Of a stretch of 64,000 bases of DNA, positions 57,301 through 64,000 are shown piece by piece. The stretch's first letter is position 1, and each line of letters starts with the position of its first letter. The translations under genes were made by a program, and so were the position numbers. The notes beneath the pieces were generated by a model, which had not been told where the DNA came from, made no database searches, and saw only the letters and a list, made by a program, of their open reading frames with translations. Source of the DNA: Candidatus Aminicenantes bacterium (GTDB lineage: Bacteria; Acidobacteriota; Aminicenantia; UBA2199); assembly GCA_030639305.1 (NCBI GenBank), contig DAOWCY010000005.1, forward strand, positions 1,789-65,788. The letters run 5' to 3'.

Positions 57301-58451
57301 AGGTAAGCGCCTCCAGCTTTTATAACAGCCAGCACGCCGATAATCATTTCAAGGCTCCGCTCCGTCATGACCGCTGCTATAGTACCGGCGGTTAATCCCC
57401 GCTCCCGCAGCACCAGCGCAAGACGGCCGGCTTTTTCGTTTAATTGGGCATATGACAATTCCCTTTCGGCAGTTTCCGCCCCGGGACTGTCCCCGGCCGG
57501 AACTGCTCCAAATTCCCGGCCTGCGGCGCTTTGAGCCACAACCGCGGTATCCCGGGGCGTTTTCCCTACCTGCTCTTCAAATAACTGCCCGAAAGTCTTA
57601 TCCCCCGGGAAATCGCAGTCGGAAGCGTTAAATTCCTCCAGTAATTGCTGCTTCTCCGGGGCGGAAAGCATATCGACAGCAGCCGGTTTTTGAGATAAGT
57701 CGCTCAAAGCCAGATCCAAGACACGCGCATAATGATCGACGATTTGTTTTATCATCCGCCGGCTGTACTGCCCGGGATAATACTCGACAAACCCCTCTAT
57801 CCGGCCGGGGCCGCTGCGAAAAGAAAACAGCATGTGATAATCTATGTCTTTAAGATAATCCTGAGTATGAATGTTCTCCAGTACCAGCGCCGCATCGAAA
57901 AGTGGAAACTCGCCCTTGACGACCGGCAGCTTCAACAAATCAGGCAGCACTTCCATGGGGAAATTCTGGTTTTGCGAAGCATTTACGATAGTTTCTCTTA
58001 CCTGCAAAAGCAGTTCTTTAAAGGTCATTTCGTCCCGCAGCCGGTTCCTGGATACCAATACCCGGTTAATAAAGTCGGTTTCGGTTTCCTGCTTCAGTAT
58101 CGGGGCGCCGGTCAGGATATCGTCGCTGCCGGTATATTTGTGAAGCAGCAGCACCAACCCGGCCACCAACACCATATGCAGCTTTATATCGATCCCACCG
58201 CTAATCTTTTCCAGCTTCGATACAAGATCAGCGGGTAAAGTGAAACTTTTTTTTGCCGGGAGGGAATCCCCTTCCCCGGCAGGCCCGGCACCGGGAAAAC
58301 GCTCCACCCCGGAGTCGCTAACTCCAATACGGTCATAAGGGAAACGGCTTTTCACCAATTCCCCGGATAACTGCTCCAGCCAGTATTCTCTTTCTTTCAC
58401 ATTTTGATTGGCGGCAATTGCCGCCCTGTCGGAATAAAGCCTTGCTTCCAT
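54324..58451 (-). CDS. NRPS with the order [N-terminal half-C] - A - T - C.
   Basis: The N-terminal ~285 aa match only the C-terminal lobe of a C domain. Complete A motifs follow (LKAGGAYLPVDP / YVIYTSGSTGKPKGV / SYGVTEAT / GELYIGGKSVTRGY / LYKTGDLARW / VKVRGYRIELGEIE). T (LGGNSL). C domain with HHIVTDAFS. Tail EEGDFGF. Confidence 0.85.
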   Translation of the reverse strand: MEARLYSDRAAIAANQNVKEREYWLEQLSGELVKSRFPYDRIGVSDSGVERFPGAGPAGEGDSLPAKKSFTLPADLVSKLEKISGGIDIKLHMVLVAGLVLLLHKYTGSDDILTGAPILKQETETDFINRVLVSRNRLRDEMTFKELLLQVRETIVNASQNQNFPMEVLPDLLKLPVVKGEFPLFDAALVLENIHTQDYLKDIDYHMLFSFRSGPGRIEGFVEYYPGQYSRRMIKQIVDHYARVLDLALSDLSQKPAAVDMLSAPEKQQLLEEFNASDCDFPGDKTFGQLFEEQVGKTPRDTAVVAQSAAGREFGAVPAGDSPGAETAERELSYAQLNEKAGRLALVLRERGLTAGTIAAVMTERSLEMIIGVLAVIKAGGAYLPVDPGLPAQRIEYMLLDSAALLLVTRENLKEKVNFNGEIITIENERFDRSEAGNPEHVSVPTGPVYVIYTSGSTGKPKGVMVQHSHFINLAFGWRREYGLQEIEVNLLQMAGFSFDVFAGDLARAFLNGGKMVITPELAVAPESLYELIKNHRITLFESTPAYIIPFMQYVYENNLDIESLQLLILGSDICPYRDFKELVVRFGKRMRIINSYGVTEATIDSSYYEEDNVENIPAAGNVPIGTPLPNVKFYVLDRAGNPLPLGVPGELYIGGKSVTRGYLNNPELTAEKFVSIAHLSNKTYRSNISQQPGPPPLTPHRSPLTLYKTGDLARWLPDGNMEFLGRIDYQVKVRGYRIELGEIESKLLEHPHVKEAVVVEKKEKNDDKYLCGYFVSEKKLEMAELRDYLGQKLPAYMVPWFFVRLEALPLTANGKIDRRALPDPEASAGAEYVAPRDEKEKELVGIWSQVLEVEQEQVGIDHNFFDLGGNSLRAIVISSRIHKKFDVKVQLVDIFQLQTVRKLAGLIDDAAADRFTAVNAVEKKEYYELSSAQKRLYVLQQMNPDSIGYNMPESFILQGDYSEERLTAAFKRLIRRHEVFRTSIEIIAGEPKQKIHDEVDFHIEYKETAGEEAKKIMQGFIKFFDLSRAPLLRAALMAVKGEGYAVLVVDMHHIVTDAFSNDVLKWDFMSLLEGKELPPLRLQYKDFSEWQNRQIRSGAFTVQEKFWLEEFSGELPLLDLPLDFPRPEGQSYAGSTVNFALPREQVRALRELISEQGVTMQILMLALLNILLAKISGQEDIVIGTPAAGRRHVDLESIIGAFINTLAFRNFPGGGKGFTDFLKEVKERSFKAYENQDYPFEILVNNLQVNREQGRNPLFDVMFEIFSRSQTGRQSQRTPEPGETRDPIEPLENRVTKMDIDWYGIETEDDLFFVVFYSTALFKRETVEKLGKRYREIIDQVLHNKNIKIKDIVITHSFETAQPVISKEEGDFGF

Positions 58452-58486
58452 AAATTTTATCTCCTAAGGGGATATATATTGGGTCT

Positions 58487-61400
58487 CTAAAAATCCAGGT
58501 CACCCGCCATTTCTTCATATACACCGGCCTGGGCCTTGTCCAGGTCATGGCTGATGACGATGTCCTGCAATTTTATATCTTTGTTTTCGACTACCTGCAG
58601 GGTAGTTTCTTTAAAATGGGCGATAAATCGCTCCATTGTCTCCCGTTTGAATAAGCCGGTACTGTATATCAAAAAAAAATGTAACTTCTCCTGCTGCTCT
58701 ACAACATAAAGAGCGGCATCTACCTGGGCGGTGTTCGTTTCAAAAGGATATGGGCTGAAAGTTAAATTTTTTGTTTTGAGCTGTGGAAATTCCATATTCT
58801 GCAGCACTAATTCCAGGTCATAAATGGGATTCCTACTAACATCATTCTTTATGCCCAGTTTCTCCATCAAATCGCCGAAAGGATAATCCCGGTTCTCATA
58901 GGCGGCAGTGGTGTTGGCTTTCACTTCATGTAAGAATTGGGCGAAAGTCTTATTACCGGCGGGAAAATTTCTCATTACCAGCACATTGATAAATAACCCG
59001 ATCACATTCTCGATATCATTGTGCACCCTGCCTGCCGTGGGTGTGCCGATCACCATATCCTCCCGGCCGGTATACTTGAATAACAAAGTATTATAAATGG
59101 CCAGCAGAACCATATATAAAGTAGCTCCCGAAACCCGGGCCATTTGATTCACCCTGCTTGTTAAATTTTTGTCAAATTCCATATTTATTCGATCCCCGGC
59201 AAAATCCTGCACCGGGGGCCTAACATAGTCGATAAAATTTTCTAACCGCGGCACCCCGCCCTTGAACAACCGCAGCCAGTAGTCTTCTTGTTTTTTTAAA
59301 ACAGCCTGCTGCTCCGGCAGGGCCAGCCACTCCGAATAATCTTTATAGTGTATCTTCAATGGTAGAAGTTCTTTGCCTTCGTACAGATCGAGAAACTCTC
59401 GCAGTAGAATCGTCACCGATGTGCCGTCGGCAATGATATGATGAATGTCTATCATCAAAATATGAGCCGCGGCATCCGCAGCCGTTTTTATCAATCCGAC
59501 CCGGAGCAATGGAGGCCGCGATAAGTCGAAGGGACGGACAAACTTCCCGATTATCTCATCGATACCCGGATATTTGACCCCGGGCTTCCAGTCGCTTTTT
59601 CCTGTTAGCTCATAATGTTCTATCTTAAAATCAGCGGTGTCATGAACCACCTGGTTTATCATATCTTCTCTTAAAGTAAATGACGTTCTTAAACTTTCAT
59701 GTCTTTGAACCAGTTGTATAAATGTCTCTTGCAAACGCCGGTAATCCAGTTGTCCCTCTACCTGTGTGATATTTCTTAAGTTATAGGCGGTCTCGATGCC
59801 TTCGATTTCGTTCAAAATAAATAACCGCTCCTGTATGGAAGAGATAGCGTAAAACCCTGGTCCACCGGCAGATTTTATAGAAACATATTCTCCTTTGGCT
59901 GCTTCTTTTATATATTCGGCCAGGCCCCTGATGTTCGGCACTCTAAAAACCACCGACAGCGGTAATCTAACCTTCAATGCCTTATGTATCCTGGGTATCA
60001 TAATTGTGGCTTTCAATGAGTGGCCGCCCAATTCAAAAAAATTATCGTCTATTCCTACAGCAGACGGCTCGATATTTAATACCTTTGACCAAATTTCAAC
60101 CAACTGCTCTTCTATTTTATCCCGGGGGGCTGCATAGGTTTCTTCCCGTTTTATCTCCGGCTCCGGTAAGGCTTTCCGGTTTACCTTCCCGTTTGGCGTT
60201 AAGGGTATTCTCTCTAATTGCATGAAATAGGACGGCACCATATAATCGGGCAGCTTTTGAGATAAATATTCACGAAGCTCAGCAGTATCTACAATTCCCG
60301 ATGTCCGGGAAACGATATAGGCGCAGAGATATTTATCACCCTTCGCAGCGGCACCGGTTATCAACACCGCCTCTTTTATGTCCTTATGACTCAATAAATT
60401 TTCCTCGATTTCCCCCAATTCAATGCGAAATCCCCTTATCTTTACCTGGTGATCGATCCTGCCGGTAAATTCCACATTCCCATCCGGAAGCCAATTGGCG
60501 AGATCCCCGGTTTTGTATAAGATATCACCGGGGATAAAAGGGCTCTCTACGAAATTCTCCGCTGTAAGCCCGGGACGGTTTAAATAACCCCTGGCCAAAC
60601 CATCGCCGGCTATACACAATTCACCCGCTAAACCTATGGGCTGCAAATGTAACCCCTTATCTACTATATACAAGCGAATGTTATCGATAGGCTTGCCGAT
60701 GGGTATACTTTTGACATTTTCCCCTGTATTACAATTGTAGTAAGAAACATCCACAGTGGCTTCCGTAGGACCATATAAATTGATTAACCTAATGCCGTTA
60801 CCCTGGTTAAAAAGACTGTTAAACCGCTCTACATGATTAGTTAATAATGCCTCGCCGCTGGCAAATACCTGCCGTAAACCGGAGAGCCTAACCGGATCGG
60901 TATAATTTTCACAATACTCGAGGAAAACCGCTAACATCGAGGGTACAAAATGCATGGTAGTGACCCTGCTTCTCTCTACTGCTTCTACTATTGATTCCGG
61001 GCTTTTTTCACCTCCCGGTTCTAATAGGCATACCGTGCAGCCCACCATAGACCACCAGAACAACTCCCATACCGAAACATCGAAAACAAAAGTCGTTTTC
61101 TGGAGTATCACATCCTGCTCATCCAAAGGATAGGCCTTCTGCATCCAGTTAAGCCTGTTTACTACGGACCTGTGCTCTATCATAACGCCTTTCGGTTTCC
61201 CGGTGGAACCTGATGTGTAGATGACGTAAGCAAGCGGCCTTCCCGTGTTTGGAATAGGTCGCGAACCACAGGCTGCGGGTTCCGAAATATCCCGGCCCGG
61301 CTCCATCCCCCCAGGGGAGGGGATTTCTTTCTCCTCATCACGGGAATCGAAAAACATTGTCTCAAAACCCGGATTCTTGAATGCGGCACCCGCTTCAGAT

Positions 61401-64000
61401 AATTCCCTGGTGGTTAATAGTAATTTTGCTCCACTGTCTTTTAACAGGTATTCTTTTCTCGCTGCCGGGTATCCCGGTTCAATGGGCAGATATCCGCTTC
61501 CAGCCTTCAAGATGGCAAACAACCCGGTTATCATCTCAATAGAGCGAAACACCATTATTCCTACAATAGTACCGGGTCCTGCGCCCTTGCGATTCAACGC
61601 GGCGGCAAGGCGATCAGCTCTCCTGTCTAACTCTTTATAAGTCAGCGCTGAATGTAGAGCAGGGGGTGTTTTACTTCCCCCGGTAGATGGCATGTGCGGG
61701 AAACCCGAAGCGAATCCCGTCTCTACAACCGCTATCTTCCCCGGACTCCCGGTAACCTGTTCCTCAAATAACTCATGTACCGTTTTATCCCGGGGATAAT
61801 CGACCGCCGTGTCGTTAAATTCATGCAGCAGTTGTCTCTTTTCTTCAGCAGAAATGATCTCTATGCCGGCTATTTTCTTCTCAGCATTTTTTACCAGGGA
61901 AGTTACGATTCTCTTAAAGTATTTAATAAATCTCTCGATGGTCTCTTGTTTGAATAAAGCGGTACAATAATCGAGAACAAAAAACAGTTCGTCGTTAGCT
62001 TCATATGCCTGGACATTTAAATCAACTATGGTAGTATCCCGTTTATGTTCATAAGGGCCTATTTTCAGACCGGGAATTTCAAGTTCCGTAAATTCTATAT
62101 TCTGGAAAGCAAACATCACGTCAAAGAGCGGATTGCGACTTACATCCCGGCTAACCTCAATTTTTTCTATCAGCTCTTCAAACTGGTACTCCTGGTTCTC
62201 AAAACCCCGGAGTGATTTTTCTTTTACTTCGCGCAGGAACTCTATAAAACTCCTCTCCGCCCGTGGATAATTCCTGTTTGCCAGGGTGTTGACAAATAAA
62301 CCGATGGTTCCCTGGATGTCCGGGTGCGCGCGTCCCGCAGCCGGTGTGCCGATAATGATATCTTCCCGGCCGCTTAATTTTGACAACAGCACGTTCAATA
62401 TAGCCAATAACACCATATATAGTGTGGCTCCTTCTTTGAGAGCCAACTCCCTCAGCATCTTCGACTCCTTCGGCTCCAGGCCGAACCGCAGGGAACGCCC
62501 GGAGAATACCTGGAGGGGAGGACGTTTATAATCGGCGGGCAAATCCAAAACAGGAATCTCTCCTGCAAACTGCTCCAACCAGTACTGCTCCTGCTTCTTA
62601 ATCGAATCTCTTTTTTTATCGCTGTTCAACCATTCCGAATAATCTTTGTACTGGATTTTTAAGGGCGGTAATTCTCCTCCTGCATAAAGTTCCAAAAGTT
62701 CCTGCAGGAAGATCATCCGCGACGTGCCGTCAAATACGATATGATGAGTGTCTATTAACAGTATATGCCGCGTTTCCCCTATTTTTATCAAGCCCGCCCG
62801 CAGCAGCGGGGCTTGCGAAAGATCAAATATACGGACAAATTTCTTGATTATTTCATCTACACTGTTCTCGCCGGTTCCCGGGGTTCGCCCTGCTTCCGGC
62901 ACATCATAAAATTCTATTTTAAAATCAACTTTCTTTCGAATGGCCTGTACCGGTTCCTCCTCTTCAATAGAAAAGGAAGTTCGCAGGCTTTCGTGCCTGG
63001 AAACCATTTGTCCAAAGGCTTTCTCCAACTGTGGGTAATCGAGGTTTCCTTCGACCTGGAGCAGGGTTTTTATGTTATAGGCAGTGTGGATGTTTTCGAT
63101 TTCATTTAATATAAATAATCTCTTCTGCATGGGGGAGACAGGATAATAGCCCTTTGGAGAAACAGGCCGAATGGGGATAAATTTATCCTTGCCCGCTGCT
63201 TTTATATATTCGGCCAGGCCGCGTATAGTGGATATTTGAAATATTTTTGCTACCGGGATCTGCACATTAAATTCCCGGTGAACTTTGGAAAGCATGGTGG
63301 TGCCGCGCAAAGAATGCCCTCCTAATTCAAAGAAATCGGAGTCGATGCCGATTTTCTCTTTTGCCGCGCCCAACACATCATGCCATATGTCCACCAGCTT
63401 TTCCTCTATATGATCGCGGGGAGCGGCATATTGCTCCTCAGAACTTATCTCCGGATCCGGCAGCGCTTTCCTGTCTATTTTCCCGCTCTGGGTTAAAGGC
63501 AAACGATCCAGGAAAACAAAATAAGTGGGAATCATATAATCGGGCAATTCTTCGCCGGCAAACTCTCGTAACCCGGTTGTGTCGAGAACAGCGTCCGGCC
63601 CGGATTTGGAGGATTTGGACACAATGTAGGCACATAGATACTTATCCCCACTCCCGGTATCGCCCGCATTAGCAGCCGGCACTTCTTTGGCAGCCACCAC
63701 GGCTTCATCGATCCCGGGGTGTTTCAACAGCGCGCTCTCTATCTCAGCTAACTCTATCCTGAAGCCCCGCAGCTTCACCTGCGCATCCCTCCTGCCCATA
63801 AACTCGATGTTTCCACCCGGCAAAAGCCTGCCGAGATCCCCGGTGAAATAAAGTAGGCCAAATTCTTCATCACGCTCGAAGATTTTTTTCGACGCTTCTT
63901 CATCTTTCCAATAGCCGGGAGAAATATGAGGGCAGGCAGCCATGATTTCACCAACCGCGTATTCATCTACTTCACTGCCTTCTTCATCCAGTACAAAAAT
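58487..64000 (-). CDS. NRPS, partial because the gene runs past the window end. The visible order is ...A(C-terminal part)-T-C-A-T-C.
   Basis: The minus-strand frame stays open to nt 64000. A8-A10 motifs at the start (VKLRGFRIELAEIE...SGKIDRKAL). T (LGGHSL). C (HHIVFDGTS). A complete A domain (YVIYTSGSTGKPKGV...NLYGPTEAT...YKTGDLANW). T. C (HHIIADGTS). Tail GDLDF. Confidence 0.85.
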   Translation of the reverse strand: MFVLDEEGSEVDEYAVGEIMAACPHISPGYWKDEEASKKIFERDEEFGLLYFTGDLGRLLPGGNIEFMGRRDAQVKLRGFRIELAEIESALLKHPGIDEAVVAAKEVPAANAGDTGSGDKYLCAYIVSKSSKSGPDAVLDTTGLREFAGEELPDYMIPTYFVFLDRLPLTQSGKIDRKALPDPEISSEEQYAAPRDHIEEKLVDIWHDVLGAAKEKIGIDSDFFELGGHSLRGTTMLSKVHREFNVQIPVAKIFQISTIRGLAEYIKAAGKDKFIPIRPVSPKGYYPVSPMQKRLFILNEIENIHTAYNIKTLLQVEGNLDYPQLEKAFGQMVSRHESLRTSFSIEEEEPVQAIRKKVDFKIEFYDVPEAGRTPGTGENSVDEIIKKFVRIFDLSQAPLLRAGLIKIGETRHILLIDTHHIVFDGTSRMIFLQELLELYAGGELPPLKIQYKDYSEWLNSDKKRDSIKKQEQYWLEQFAGEIPVLDLPADYKRPPLQVFSGRSLRFGLEPKESKMLRELALKEGATLYMVLLAILNVLLSKLSGREDIIIGTPAAGRAHPDIQGTIGLFVNTLANRNYPRAERSFIEFLREVKEKSLRGFENQEYQFEELIEKIEVSRDVSRNPLFDVMFAFQNIEFTELEIPGLKIGPYEHKRDTTIVDLNVQAYEANDELFFVLDYCTALFKQETIERFIKYFKRIVTSLVKNAEKKIAGIEIISAEEKRQLLHEFNDTAVDYPRDKTVHELFEEQVTGSPGKIAVVETGFASGFPHMPSTGGSKTPPALHSALTYKELDRRADRLAAALNRKGAGPGTIVGIMVFRSIEMITGLFAILKAGSGYLPIEPGYPAARKEYLLKDSGAKLLLTTRELSEAGAAFKNPGFETMFFDSRDEEKEIPSPGGMEPGRDISEPAACGSRPIPNTGRPLAYVIYTSGSTGKPKGVMIEHRSVVNRLNWMQKAYPLDEQDVILQKTTFVFDVSVWELFWWSMVGCTVCLLEPGGEKSPESIVEAVERSRVTTMHFVPSMLAVFLEYCENYTDPVRLSGLRQVFASGEALLTNHVERFNSLFNQGNGIRLINLYGPTEATVDVSYYNCNTGENVKSIPIGKPIDNIRLYIVDKGLHLQPIGLAGELCIAGDGLARGYLNRPGLTAENFVESPFIPGDILYKTGDLANWLPDGNVEFTGRIDHQVKIRGFRIELGEIEENLLSHKDIKEAVLITGAAAKGDKYLCAYIVSRTSGIVDTAELREYLSQKLPDYMVPSYFMQLERIPLTPNGKVNRKALPEPEIKREETYAAPRDKIEEQLVEIWSKVLNIEPSAVGIDDNFFELGGHSLKATIMIPRIHKALKVRLPLSVVFRVPNIRGLAEYIKEAAKGEYVSIKSAGGPGFYAISSIQERLFILNEIEGIETAYNLRNITQVEGQLDYRRLQETFIQLVQRHESLRTSFTLREDMINQVVHDTADFKIEHYELTGKSDWKPGVKYPGIDEIIGKFVRPFDLSRPPLLRVGLIKTAADAAAHILMIDIHHIIADGTSVTILLREFLDLYEGKELLPLKIHYKDYSEWLALPEQQAVLKKQEDYWLRLFKGGVPRLENFIDYVRPPVQDFAGDRINMEFDKNLTSRVNQMARVSGATLYMVLLAIYNTLLFKYTGREDMVIGTPTAGRVHNDIENVIGLFINVLVMRNFPAGNKTFAQFLHEVKANTTAAYENRDYPFGDLMEKLGIKNDVSRNPIYDLELVLQNMEFPQLKTKNLTFSPYPFETNTAQVDAALYVVEQQEKLHFFLIYSTGLFKRETMERFIAHFKETTLQVVENKDIKLQDIVISHDLDKAQAGVYEEMAGDLDF

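Noticed and set aside
32000-64000. Numerous plus-strand ORFs of 60-190 aa inside the minus-strand NRPS/PKS genes.
   Set aside because: They are antisense reading frames of GC-rich coding DNA, a typical artefact. They show no motifs or RBSs.
1-64000. CRISPR arrays and tRNA/rRNA genes.
   Set aside because: No regularly spaced identical direct repeats with unique spacers were found. No cloverleaf-compatible tRNA segments or rRNA-like conserved blocks were seen by eye.

Overview
The window appears to be a bacterial chromosomal segment made of three parts, described here from sequence and ORF translations only, with no database searches run. (1) Positions 1-6817 carry housekeeping genes on the + strand: a 5'-truncated pyruvate kinase, a secreted trypsin-like protease, rlmN and a Ski2-like DExH helicase. 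These are interspersed with a modular GC-rich hairpin repeat family, one copy of which sits in frame inside rlmN. (2) Positions ~6850-25700 form an AT-rich island, apparently acquired by horizontal transfer, with defence-like content. It holds a 2405-aa protein with beta-propeller and P-loop ATPase regions, immediately followed by a SIR2-domain protein, which is a candidate undescribed two-gene defence system. It also holds a DUF1016 nuclease, a Schlafen/AlbA_2-like ATPase, a DUF4062-TPR operon, an IS3 transposase remnant, an RHH antitoxin-like gene, duplicated gene remnants and a repeated 3' element. (3) Positions ~26300-64000 are a minus-strand NRPS/PKS biosynthetic cluster that continues past the window end. 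Its most unusual feature is an adenylation domain interrupted twice, once by a radical-SAM core plus a B12-binding-like domain and once by a PRMT-like methyltransferase. The cluster also contains a stand-alone B12-radical SAM enzyme, a PP-loop amidotransferase-like enzyme, N-terminal half condensation domains, a free-standing C domain, a PKS thioesterase with Cys at the nucleophile position, and a ClbP/ZmaM-like S12 peptidase fused to an ABC exporter. Coordinates of repeats and embedded domains are approximate.
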